Assembly (NCBI GenBank): GCA_018829905.1
Contig: JAHJST010000014.1
Coordinates: 1-48,430 of the forward strand
Reading direction: 5' to 3'
Source of the DNA: Patescibacteria group bacterium
GTDB taxonomy: Bacteria > Patescibacteriota > Minisyncoccia > RBG-13-40-8-A
Length of the DNA: 48,430 bases
A program made the position numbers and the translations under genes. Below, piece by piece: positions 40,001 to 47,955 of this stretch; the stretch's first letter is position 1; each line of letters begins with the position of its first letter. The notes beneath the pieces were generated by a model that saw nothing but the letters and a program-made list of their open reading frames with translations, made no database searches and was not told the origin of the DNA.

Positions 40001-40151
40001 TATATGCATCTGGAATATAATTACCTCGATAAACAAAAGATTTTTCTTCAATATGATTAAATAAATTTTTAATAAAACCAATAAAACGTCCTTTGTCGAA
40101 AGGATTTTCAAAAACTTCTTTAATTTGTTGAATGGCAAAATTTTTATCCAT
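36990..40151 (-). CDS. Large N6-adenine DNA methyltransferase, Eco57I/PglX/DrmMI-like (MTase plus C-terminal specificity region)
   Basis: 1053 aa with the SAM motif VCDPAVGSGAFP and catalytic motif IANPPYGA. It has the helical FLYFLQKKGWFG region typical of this family and a long C-terminal region. Confidence 0.88.
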   Translation of the reverse strand: MDKNFAIQQIKEVFENPFDKGRFIGFIKNLFNHIEEKSFVYRGNYIPDAYKPYIQTLERIGKYEDVDDNKIDILIVQLKKETSLERARTMQRNFIAWYLNGSRGDILKDAALVAFVSPDSEDWRFSLVKMDYKIDTSGERVRVKQELTPARRFSFLVGENENSHTAQSRLAPILQDDSNDPTLKELEEAFSVEKVTKEFFERYRDLFWGLKEGLDEIIKKDSAIKKDFVQKKVDSVDFAKKLLGQIVFLYFLQKKGWFGVGRNENWGTGPKDFLRQLFEKKHADYKNFFNDVLEPLFYEVLRLERPKDYYAQFKCRIPFLNGGLFDPLNDYDWQDTDIELLNELFSNNEKTKQGDIGTGILDVFDRYNFTVKEDEPLEKEVAVDPEMLGKVFENLLEVKDRKSRGTYYTPREVVHYMCRESLTYYLVTELEGKVSKEDIETMIKYGEAVIEYESRVVNEGRETDRYSFSLSENIRKHAKLIDEKLKSIRVCDPAVGSGAFPVGMMKEIIRTRNVLTPYIGKDGERNPYNFKRHAIQNCLYGVDIDQGAVEIAKLRLWLSLVVDEEDRKTIQPLPNLNYKIVHGDSLLSIEKTLFNQELFNRLEKLKPLYFNETSVSRKQAYKEQIDELISKITNGLKDFDYEVYFSEVFHEKGGFDVMIANPPYGANIDEILPVLRPLYQDAIKNYADVYKMFIQLGLRKLRNNGIQAFITPNTFLAQPRYKDIRSVILQFRILKIVNLGEEVFENIIVPTALSFIVRSQPCNTYLFADMSEGSKFAGSLDNVAFQEILLQQVFAAKDMSLFWGRSLRENEVLFSDTLEIRDAGIQYHRSGIGLKNKGGNDLYERLFNSNPKQFNNSIPVWYGRLIDKWRIASQTDEYFNLDYRDILKSNESVSFTREVFTMSPKILWRQTASCLRATLDTSSRWFRNTIQCAFIKEDYKSKLDIYYILGVVNSHYIEREYNVLVKEAGRVFPQVKLTHVKKLPLVIASKAEQIKISNLVRQILVITHENDYMNNPRKQDKVHEYEKQIDQLVYKLYGLKKEEIKTVELNEKQ

Positions 40152-40152
40152 A

Positions 40153-43100
40153 TTAATTACTTAAAAAATATTCAGACAAGATAACTTCTCTTGGTCCAAA
40201 AGTCTGAGCAGCGCTCTCAGAAACGTGTTCCTTTAAAAGTTCATTTGGAATGTTTTTCTGTAAAACAGCTATAATCTTTAAAGGGTTTATACCATCTTTT
40301 AAAACTAGATCTAATTCTTTAAGTGTTCTTTTGGTTGTTTGCTTGGGAAATCCTCCCTCTATAAGTTGTCTCATAATCTGTCCAAGATAGGCTTCTTGGT
40401 CTTCTGTAAGTCTTCTGAAGTCTTTTATGGCCTTTAGACGCATCAAAACCTGAGTAGCAGTATCTCTGCCTCCTTTCATTTTTAAATCTGGCATTTCTTC
40501 GGTTGTAACAAAAAGAAATTCTTGTTTATTTATATCTAACAATTTATAAAAATTTTTATCTAATTTCTTTTTCTTTAAATCAATAGTCACCTCTAATAAA
40601 TCTGCAGCAGAAATAAAGTCTAATTCTTGAGATTTTTTAATATTAGCTAAAAAGAATTTTTGAAGCTTACCTTTTCGAAAATAAGTTAAAAGACTATTTG
40701 CATTATTTTTTTCAACCCTAGCAGTACGTGATTTTTTAGGCAATTGTTTAATTTTAGAAAATAAATCTGGATTATCATCACGAATTTTTTTAATAATCTG
40801 AAGATACTTAAGCTCGCTTTTTTCTTTTTCATCTTCGCCTGTAATTGTTTTTTTAGAAATCAAGCGATTAAATAATTCATGAGAACCAATTAGTTCACCA
40901 TCTGTTAAAAGTCTAGCATCTGATCCCAAAAGACTTATAAAAGCATGTATCTTGGCTTCAGCTGTTTCTCTAAGCTTTATTTGACTGTTTGATTGTATGG
41001 TTGGAAAAAAATTAAAAGCATAGATTTTAGAAAAATTAGTATCAACTCTATTGATACGACCAACTCTTTGCATAAGTCTTGTTGGATTCCACGGAATGTC
41101 ATAATTAATAACAACATTTGAACGATGAAGATTAACACCCTCTGATAATACTTCTGTAGTAACAAGTATTCGATAATCGTTTTTTGGAAAACGTGCTCCT
41201 GCATCAAAATTTTCAATTACCTTTTCTCTTGTTGATACGCTAGAGTCACCAGAAAAAGATATGGCTTGTTTTGGAAATTTTTTATCCAAATTTTTAGCAA
41301 GATAATTAGCTGTTTCTTTTGATTCTGTAAAAACAATTAATTTATTATTTTTTAAAACAGCTCGCGAAAAAAGAATGTTTATAAATTTAAGCAATTTAGG
41401 ATCGCGATTAACATCGCGCCACAATTTTTTAATTTCTTTTAATATATTCAGATCATTTTCTAAATCTTCTTTAAATTTTTTCTTAAAATTCTTAGAAGAA
41501 TATTTCTGTGCTTTGTCTTCATCTACTAAAGATTGAATTCTTTTTTCATCATCATTTTCAAGAAATTCAAAAATTTTATTAATATATTTTTTACTAGTAT
41601 AAACATTGCCTTTATTAAATTCTTCTAAGAACTTTTCATATGAATGAATAAATCTATCTATTGAGTTTCTAAAAGCAAAAAAACTACTTTCTAATCTTTT
41701 AATTAAAAGTATCTTCATAAATTTACCCATATTTTCCTGAGACAATTTTTCTGGCTGGGAAACTGAACCATTATAATACTTTGGAAGCAAGGGAGTATAA
41801 CGAGCGTATTTAAATCTTCTCACTATAAGATCTATTGTTTTATTAAAAACATTATCTTCTTCTTTATTAAGCTCATAAAATACAGCCTCTGGATCAGACA
41901 CTTCTGGAAATTTAAGTCCTTGTTTTTTTAAATCATCCTTAAAATAATTTTCAATTTCAGACCTTGTTCTTCTAACCATTAAATATTTAAGTACTTTTTC
42001 TCTAATTTCTTTGGCGTTTTCTTTTGAAATCTCAATATATTTTTCTCTGTTTGTTTGTTTGTTTAATTTTTTAACTCTTTGATCAAGCTTAGAAAAAAAC
42101 GATTCTAAGTTGGGTAAACCAGGAATTGTACTTTTTTTAACTTTTTGAAAAAGTTTAATTTGGCTTAAAATGTCTTTTGGATGATTATTGTATGGTGTGG
42201 CTGTTACAAGAATAACTCTTTTACCACGACAAATTCGAGATAATTTTTCATAAGTTATATTTGTTTCTGTTCTAAATCTGTGAGCCTCATCAATAAACAC
42301 ATTCTTGTATTTATCAATCCCAGATTTTAATAATTTATCTAATTTACCGATAGATTCAAAATTAGTTTGTCTAACCTGAAAATCTTCAAATACATTTGGC
42401 CAAGATCCTGGATTGTCTTTTTCTAAAAGCATTGGGGGTGCTATAACCAAATTTCTACCATCAAGTTGATTTGCAAGCATGGCTGAAATATATGTTTTAC
42501 CAAGCCCAACAACATCAGAAATAAAAACACCACCATATTCTTCAAGAATTTTTTTTGCATTTAGAACAGCTTGTTCCTGATATTCTAATTTCTTAAATCT
42601 GGCTGGTGTGTATTTATATAAAACTTCTTCTGATTGTTTTAATTCGTCCTTAAAATATTCATATAAAAATTTTAAATAAAGCTCATATGGCGTAATATTA
42701 TTGTTAAACCAAGTTTTAGTCTGTATAGTCTCAATATATTCTTTGCTTACATCTATTGAATCCTTCCAAAGCTCATTAAATTTTTGTAAAGCAAATTCAT
42801 AATCATTTTTATTTTTAAGCTCTACATTAAACTCTAAATTATCTACCAGTCCTGCTTTAGTAAAATTACTTGAACCGACAATAACTCTATTGGTAGTCCC
42901 TGTTTTCATAGATGTCATAATATAAAGTTTTGCATGAATGTTTGCAGCAGGATATGCTTTTATTTCTAATTTTCCACTCTTTAACCATTCTAAAAATTTA
43001 CTTATCCCTTCTTCTACTTGTCTATTGTCTTTAGATTCTCTTATTTCATTTATAATTGCTTCTGAAAATTGTTCTTTCGTCTCTGCATTAGAAAATCTGA

Positions 43101-43344
43101 ATGATTGTTGTTTTTCTCGATCATTTTGCTGAATAAGATCTACGGTTTCTTTATTGGTACTAATTCCTATAAGTATTCTGATCTTTTCTGTTTTTTCTAA
43201 AGACTTGTAAATCTCATAAAAGCCACTTGTATAAAAATAACCAACCATAACATCAAAAAATCCAGTATCTTTAATAAGTACCTTGAATCTTTCTAAAAGA
43301 TTACTGTCTTTTTCGTTTATAATAAATGTTGTATTTTTATCCAT
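40153..43344 (-). CDS. Fusion protein: N-terminal PLD-family (HKD) nuclease domain plus SNF2-family helicase
   Basis: 1063 aa. The HKD motif is NIHAKLYIMT...VIVGSSNFTKAG. Helicase motifs are I DVVGLGKT, II FIDEAHRFR, III LVTATPYNN, V LSEGVNLH and VI QRVGRINR. Confidence 0.88.
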   Translation of the reverse strand: MDKNTTFIINEKDSNLLERFKVLIKDTGFFDVMVGYFYTSGFYEIYKSLEKTEKIRILIGISTNKETVDLIQQNDREKQQSFRFSNAETKEQFSEAIINEIRESKDNRQVEEGISKFLEWLKSGKLEIKAYPAANIHAKLYIMTSMKTGTTNRVIVGSSNFTKAGLVDNLEFNVELKNKNDYEFALQKFNELWKDSIDVSKEYIETIQTKTWFNNNITPYELYLKFLYEYFKDELKQSEEVLYKYTPARFKKLEYQEQAVLNAKKILEEYGGVFISDVVGLGKTYISAMLANQLDGRNLVIAPPMLLEKDNPGSWPNVFEDFQVRQTNFESIGKLDKLLKSGIDKYKNVFIDEAHRFRTETNITYEKLSRICRGKRVILVTATPYNNHPKDILSQIKLFQKVKKSTIPGLPNLESFFSKLDQRVKKLNKQTNREKYIEISKENAKEIREKVLKYLMVRRTRSEIENYFKDDLKKQGLKFPEVSDPEAVFYELNKEEDNVFNKTIDLIVRRFKYARYTPLLPKYYNGSVSQPEKLSQENMGKFMKILLIKRLESSFFAFRNSIDRFIHSYEKFLEEFNKGNVYTSKKYINKIFEFLENDDEKRIQSLVDEDKAQKYSSKNFKKKFKEDLENDLNILKEIKKLWRDVNRDPKLLKFINILFSRAVLKNNKLIVFTESKETANYLAKNLDKKFPKQAISFSGDSSVSTREKVIENFDAGARFPKNDYRILVTTEVLSEGVNLHRSNVVINYDIPWNPTRLMQRVGRINRVDTNFSKIYAFNFFPTIQSNSQIKLRETAEAKIHAFISLLGSDARLLTDGELIGSHELFNRLISKKTITGEDEKEKSELKYLQIIKKIRDDNPDLFSKIKQLPKKSRTARVEKNNANSLLTYFRKGKLQKFFLANIKKSQELDFISAADLLEVTIDLKKKKLDKNFYKLLDINKQEFLFVTTEEMPDLKMKGGRDTATQVLMRLKAIKDFRRLTEDQEAYLGQIMRQLIEGGFPKQTTKRTLKELDLVLKDGINPLKIIAVLQKNIPNELLKEHVSESAAQTFGPREVILSEYFLSN

Positions 43345-43405
43345 AAGCTTATTTTGATACTCAAATTATTACACCCTAATTCTACCCCGTCACGACCAAA
43401 AAAAC

Positions 43406-43424
43406 AACCCTGCTTAGCAGGGTT
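43406..43424 (-). terminator. Terminator after the NUDIX gene remnant
   Basis: The stem aaccctgc pairs with gcagggtt, followed by a T-run on the minus strand. It overlaps the stop of the second reading-frame segment. Confidence 0.65.
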
Positions 43425-43948
43425 ATTCTATTTTTTCAACAAAATCAATTTTATGTTCAACCACCTTATCATTTTCATCAAAAAAGAAAGTACCTATGAA
43501 TCTTCTATTATCCAAAACATGAGGCAACCAATATTTATCATCATCCCACATCTCGTTATAAATAAGGAATAGATTCTACTAAAAACCATTCGGGCTTCAT
43601 TTCCTCTGTTTCTTCTGGTTCTCCATCCCATTCATTAAATACAAAGATATGTACTTGCTGATCATTTTTCTTTTTATCTCCTGGAAAATAAAAATCGATT
43701 ATAGCAACTTTTTCTAAATTTTTAGGTACAATACAAGCTTCTTCTTGAGATTCCCTAATAGCTGAATCAAAAACATCTTTATCTCCTTTTTCTAGATCTA
43801 TTTTACCTCCTAATCCATTCCATCTGTTTGCACCAAAACCTCTTTTTTTCATTGCCAGAAGAATCTCTGTTATTAATCCTCTATTCTCTCTTATTCCCAA
43901 ACAAAGTGAAACTTGTCTCATAATTTTTTTCTCCTTTAAATATATCAT
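43423..43948 (-). pseudogene. MTH1/MutT-like NUDIX hydrolase interrupted by a frameshift near 43556-43562
   Basis: Frame 1 carries the Nudix box GGKIDLEKGDKDVFDSAIRESQEEACI and stops at ...ESIPYL*. The next frame continues as YNEMWDDDKYWLPHVLDNRRFIGTFFFDENDKVVEHKIDFVEKIE*. This is collinear with the C-terminus of MTH1-type enzymes (IPFKDMWPDDSYWFP...). Confidence 0.7.
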
Positions 43949-43990
43949 ACCCCTTTAAAAGAATTTTTTCAAATAATCAAATAAAATAAA

Positions 43991-44019
43991 TTGACGAAAT
44001 CTAGTTTCAGTGATACAAT
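43991..44019 (+). promoter_or_regulatory. Promoter of the plus-strand membrane-protein gene
   Basis: TTGACG (43991-43996), a 17-nt spacer ending in TG, then TACAAT (44014-44019). Confidence 0.6.
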
Positions 44020-44047
44020 GATAAAAAGTTTTTAAAAGGAGAAAACG

Positions 44048-44758
44048 ATGTATGAACGAATGAATATGCCAGTTCGTAAGCCAATGCCCTATCTTTGTAT
44101 GGGACTTTCCAGACTTTTTGGCGGTATTGCTTTTCTCGTTGTTAGTTTTGGAATGTTTAATAAGCTTAATGATAAATGGGATCTCGGTATTAAGCATATG
44201 ATGGACATTTCATCTACGGGCGGAAAAGCATATGGTGCTCTTGTTCTTTCAATGTTTGTTGGATTAATTGCTCTGGTGATTGGACAAATAATCGGCGCAA
44301 GCATACGAGTAAAAAACGAAGATTTAGCTTGCCACATTACTATCACTTGGCACTATGTAGCCATTACTTCACTTATCTGGCTTTTCATGGCTCCAATTCC
44401 CATAGCGATAACCCTGGGAAAGGTTCAATCAAAAATATTTTTTGAATCCTTTGGAGATGCTTTTTTCATTATGGCCTTTATTGTTGCAGCAGTCGGCGGC
44501 ATGTTGATTTCCCTAGCTATGACTATTTCAGGCAAAGTCGGGCTCAAAATAGATCGAGGTTTAGGCAATCTACTTTCTAGAATGCTACCAATTACTATTG
44601 GTATTGCAATGGGTATCTTTCAACTTTCAAGTATTGGTTTTCCCATTATTGGTGGTGTGATTATAGGTTTCATGCTTCCATATCTTCTTATCCCAATAGC
44701 TTCTATTATGTGGCGAAGAGATATGGCCAGACGAAATCCAGCCTACATTCATCTTTAA
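44048..44758 (+). CDS. Polytopic membrane protein of unknown function
   Basis: 236 aa with 6-7 hydrophobic helices. It has an AAGGAG SD and a downstream terminator. Confidence 0.75.
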   Translation: MYERMNMPVRKPMPYLCMGLSRLFGGIAFLVVSFGMFNKLNDKWDLGIKHMMDISSTGGKAYGALVLSMFVGLIALVIGQIIGASIRVKNEDLACHITITWHYVAITSLIWLFMAPIPIAITLGKVQSKIFFESFGDAFFIMAFIVAAVGGMLISLAMTISGKVGLKIDRGLGNLLSRMLPITIGIAMGIFQLSSIGFPIIGGVIIGFMLPYLLIPIASIMWRRDMARRNPAYIHL

Positions 44759-44762
44759 AAGC

Positions 44763-44793
44763 AAAAAGGACTGTTCGGAACAGTCCTTTTTTT
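44763..44793 (+). terminator. Rho-independent terminator
   Basis: The stem ggactg pairs with cagtcc, followed by TTTTTTT. Confidence 0.8.
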
Positions 44794-44857
44794 GTATAAA
44801 AATTTTAATCTCTGCCAATTATTTTTCTTTAAAACTTAATATTTTTTCAAATAAAAA

Positions 44858-45316
44858 CTATTCTAATTTTTTCATCAAAACCCAATCAGTTCCATCAAAA
44901 GATAAAACAAAACCAGGATTCTCTATTTTATAATACTTAACATCAACTTCTTCTCCTGATGTTCCTTCTTTTACTTCTTTAATAATCTCAGGATTCATAT
45001 AATCAAATCCTATTTCCTCAAAAGCTTTTTTCAAAAGAATCTTTTGAGCATTTTCTTTATCTTTTTCATCTATTCCTTCTTCATAAGCAAAATAATCTAT
45101 ATCAATAGGAATCCCAGAGTCTTCTTCTGGTAATTCGTCTGTTGATTCTTTATCTTCTTCGTCAACTTCTTCCCATATAAGCGTTATTCCATCAAGTAAA
45201 AATTCAAGATTCTCATATTTTTTAAAAAGCTCTTTTTTAGTTTCTTCATCAACTTCAATATCAACAATTAATTCTTTTTTATCTTCTAGTGTTTTAAATT
45301 TTTCAAATTTATTCAT
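44858..45316 (-). CDS. Hypothetical acidic protein
   Basis: 152-aa, Glu/Asp-rich ORF. Confidence 0.6.
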   Translation of the reverse strand: MNKFEKFKTLEDKKELIVDIEVDEETKKELFKKYENLEFLLDGITLIWEEVDEEDKESTDELPEEDSGIPIDIDYFAYEEGIDEKDKENAQKILLKKAFEEIGFDYMNPEIIKEVKEGTSGEEVDVKYYKIENPGFVLSFDGTDWVLMKKLE

Positions 45317-45354
45317 TTTATTTTAAAATTTCTTTTAAAGTATTATTAAAAATC
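45317..45354. repeat. 38-nt direct repeat, copy 1 (identical copy at 46849-46886)
   Basis: tttattttaaaatttcttttaaagtattattaaaaatc is present identically at both sites. Copy 1 is non-coding. Copy 2 encodes the last 11 codons and the stop of the 100-aa ORF. Confidence 0.85.
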
Positions 45355-45363
45355 ATTCAATCC

Positions 45364-45999
45364 TTATTTCTTAATCACTTTATTTTGATAATTTTTAACT
45401 TGTTTTATTAAATATTCTTTAATTTCATCTTCTGAATATTTTTCCTTAATAAAGGAAATATCAAACCTTCTCAAATCTTTAAAATATGTTAATTGCTCTA
45501 AAAAAAGCTTAGAATTAAATTCTTTTTTGAATTTCTTTTCAGCAAATTTAATAATGTCACCAATAGAAAGTTTTTTTAATAAAAAAAACATATCAACATA
45601 ATCTCTCCAAACTCCTCTTTTACCAATAGTAAAGGCTTTATCAGCAGCAATATCTTTAATATTAACAAGAGACAAAGAATCAGTCTTTACTAATGAAAAA
45701 ATTGGATTATATAAATAATAGCACAATGTTATTTTAATATCATCTTTAGTAATAACATCTAATTGCTCTGATGTATTCAAATCTGTTCTTTTTATTTTAA
45801 AATATTTTCTTAAAAGAGCATGGTCTTTTCTAAGAATTTCTCTATTTAAAAAGATATCAAAATCAAAAGAATGACGATGACCAATTTGCAAAAACAAAGC
45901 TGTGCCACCAACCAAATATCCTCTATCTTTAAAAGATTTTAATTTTAAAAAAACATTTCTTCTTTTTTCATCTAGTAATTCTAGGTGTATTGATGACAT
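45364..45999 (-). CDS. Nucleotidyltransferase AbiEii/AbiGii-family toxin-like protein
   Basis: 211 aa with YLVGGTALFLQIGHRHSFDFDIF, matching the GGTAL...HR.S.D.D signature of the family. Confidence 0.7.
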   Translation of the reverse strand: MSSIHLELLDEKRRNVFLKLKSFKDRGYLVGGTALFLQIGHRHSFDFDIFLNREILRKDHALLRKYFKIKRTDLNTSEQLDVITKDDIKITLCYYLYNPIFSLVKTDSLSLVNIKDIAADKAFTIGKRGVWRDYVDMFFLLKKLSIGDIIKFAEKKFKKEFNSKLFLEQLTYFKDLRRFDISFIKEKYSEDEIKEYLIKQVKNYQNKVIKK

Positions 46000-46285
46000 A
46001 TCTATTTATATTAAGATTTTTGTTTTCTAATCCCAAAAGAACATTTTTTACCCAATTAAAGGTTGATGCACGATAAATTTTAACAGGAGTATTAGTAAAA
46101 AATCTCTTAATTGTTATTTCACCATAAAAACCAAAAAGCCACTTAATGGCTTTTAAGTCGCCAAAACAAAGAATTTGATGAATGATATATTCTTTGTCTT
46201 TATTTATGTTAAGCTTCTTAAAATCAACAGACCAAAAATATGATTTAAGAAATATTGGTAATTGATTTTTTATTTGTTTATTCAT
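45968..46285 (-). CDS. Putative partner/antitoxin of the AbiEii-like protein
   Basis: 105-aa ORF that overlaps the toxin-like gene by 32 nt. I see no recognisable wHTH, so the role is inferred from position only. Confidence 0.45.
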   Translation of the reverse strand: MNKQIKNQLPIFLKSYFWSVDFKKLNINKDKEYIIHQILCFGDLKAIKWLFGFYGEITIKRFFTNTPVKIYRASTFNWVKNVLLGLENKNLNINRYVINTPRITR

Positions 46286-46375
46286 ATTGAATAAAATAAT
46301 TCTTATAAATATCTTTTTAAATACTTTATTAAGACTATATTATGTGTTAATTATACCAAATAAAAAATGATTTGT

Positions 46376-46846
46376 CTAATTATTTTTAATGTCTAATCTC
46401 TCAATAATTTCTAATTTATCAATCCCATATTCTTCAAATTCTTTCGAATATTTATCTTCTAATTCTCCACATTTTAAATAACGCTCTGCCACATCCATAT
46501 TTATAATTTCTTCTTCAGAATAAGTATTAAAAAACTCTTTTTCTGCTAATTTTGTTGCTAATCCATCCCAAAAAATATAATCATCATATTCATATAAATC
46601 ATCTAATATGTAATCAATGTATTTTTCTGATGCAACATTTTCACCTTCAAAATTTTCTATAATATTTTCAACTCCAAATTCTTTTGCAAATCTTAAAATA
46701 TATTTTCCAATATTTTCTTTTTCTGTTAATTTTTTGTCATATTTTCCCATATCAACCATGTCTCTTAAAACAGCATAAACTATTTCTGCTGTTTCTATAG
46801 AATGAACCAATTCTTTATATTGTTTTTTATTTAATTCTATTTTCAT
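46376..46846 (-). CDS. Hypothetical acidic protein
   Basis: 156-aa acidic ORF. Confidence 0.6.
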   Translation of the reverse strand: MKIELNKKQYKELVHSIETAEIVYAVLRDMVDMGKYDKKLTEKENIGKYILRFAKEFGVENIIENFEGENVASEKYIDYILDDLYEYDDYIFWDGLATKLAEKEFFNTYSEEEIINMDVAERYLKCGELEDKYSKEFEEYGIDKLEIIERLDIKNN

Positions 46847-46848
46847 TT

Positions 46849-46886
46849 TTTTATTTTAAAATTTCTTTTAAAGTATTATTAAAAAT
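46849..46886. repeat. 38-nt direct repeat, copy 2
   Basis: See copy 1 at 45317-45354. Confidence 0.85.
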
Positions 46887-47153
46887 CTTTTGATTGAATT
46901 TTTTAATATTTACAATAATATCTAAAATACCATCTTCTGCTTTTTTAAAATAAATATCTTTTTTAGAAAAATCTAAATCATTTAAATTTAATCCTACAAA
47001 TTCTTTAAAATAATCTTTTTCTTTTTTAGCTTCATTCAATGTCCATAAAGTAGCAACAACTTTTCTTGTTTTTTTATTAACAACATCATGAAAATTTCCC
47101 CAATATAATTCAACCTTGACTAAGTCTTTTATTTTCATAATTTTAATCTTCAA
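46851..47153 (-). CDS. Hypothetical protein
   Basis: 100-aa ORF that overlaps the upstream ORF by 11 nt. Confidence 0.55.
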   Translation of the reverse strand: MKIKIMKIKDLVKVELYWGNFHDVVNKKTRKVVATLWTLNEAKKEKDYFKEFVGLNLNDLDFSKKDIYFKKAEDGILDIIVNIKKFNQKIFNNTLKEILK

Positions 47154-47424
47154 GCCTATTTCTTATACCTTTTGTTAAATAATCTATTTCCTCTTGCGTT
47201 AATGATCTTCCAATTTTATCAAATAAATATTTTTTTAATTTTTCTAATTCTTCTTCAACAAAATCTGGATTTTTCCTTTTTTTATAATCAACATTAAGAT
47301 TTTCAACAATTAAATCTATTTCTTTATCGCTAAATCCACCATCTTGCAATGATTTAATCCAATTATCTACATCCTCATCTGGAATTCTATCTCCTTCAAT
47401 TTTTAGTTTTTCAAATTGATTCAT
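47143..47424 (-). CDS. Hypothetical acidic protein
   Basis: 93-aa ORF. Confidence 0.55.
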   Translation of the reverse strand: MNQFEKLKIEGDRIPDEDVDNWIKSLQDGGFSDKEIDLIVENLNVDYKKRKNPDFVEEELEKLKKYLFDKIGRSLTQEEIDYLTKGIRNRLED

Positions 47425-47427
47425 ATT

Positions 47428-47916
47428 TTATTCAAACAAGACAAATACTTCAAAAGAATCATCATATTCTGGAAGACCAGAAGGATTGTCTTTTCTAAAA
47501 ATTAAAAATCCATTTTTTCCATAATCTGGTTTTTCAAAATCAATAGATACTTCAAATTCTACAAAATCTTCTGTCATCCAATTTTCTTTTGTAGAAGCAA
47601 TACCTTGTCCAATAATTAAACCATCCCAATTAACAAGAACAACAGGAAAATCTGCTTCAAAAAACCATGTTCCTCTTGCCCTTCCTTTAACGATTAACGG
47701 GCTTGTTATAACTTGATTCTCTTCTAAATATACAACAATATCTTGTTCTTGCTTATTTTCTCCACAAGGATCAGTTGGTTGAGGTGCTTTGGGATTACCA
47801 TGTTTTACCCACTCATTATTCTCGCAAATCCAAGTATCCTCACTACCTCTTAGGATAAATAAGGCACCAATTAGAACAATAATTATGATTATAATAATAA
47901 TTAACCTCTTCTTCAT
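47428..47916 (-). CDS. Membrane-anchored Gmad2-type immunoglobulin-like domain protein
   Basis: 162 aa with an N-terminal TM helix. The segment SPLIVKGRARGTWFFEADFPVVLVNWDG...FEVSIDF resembles the Gmad2 domain. Confidence 0.6.
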   Translation of the reverse strand: MKKRLIIIIIIIIVLIGALFILRGSEDTWICENNEWVKHGNPKAPQPTDPCGENKQEQDIVVYLEENQVITSPLIVKGRARGTWFFEADFPVVLVNWDGLIIGQGIASTKENWMTEDFVEFEVSIDFEKPDYGKNGFLIFRKDNPSGLPEYDDSFEVFVLFE

Positions 47917-47955
47917 ATATTTTAATTGTACTCCTGAAAAATGCTTTTTTCAAAT

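Noticed and set aside
36990-43344. Calling the helicase/methylase pair BREX, DISARM, type I or type ISP restriction-modification.
   Set aside because: The diagnostic partners are absent from the operon and its flanks: PglZ/BrxC for BREX, DrmA/DrmB-DUF1998 for DISARM, HsdS/HsdR for type I, and a single-chain Mrr-helicase-MTase for type ISP. Only partial resemblance to the DISARM class 1 accessory genes remains.
43354-43572. 72-aa plus-strand ORF.
   Set aside because: It is antisense to the second reading-frame segment of the frameshifted NUDIX gene.
43955-44346. Minus-strand ORFs 43955-44197 and 44089-44346, and also 44627-44818.
   Set aside because: They are antisense to a well-supported plus-strand membrane-protein gene that has a promoter, an SD and a terminator.
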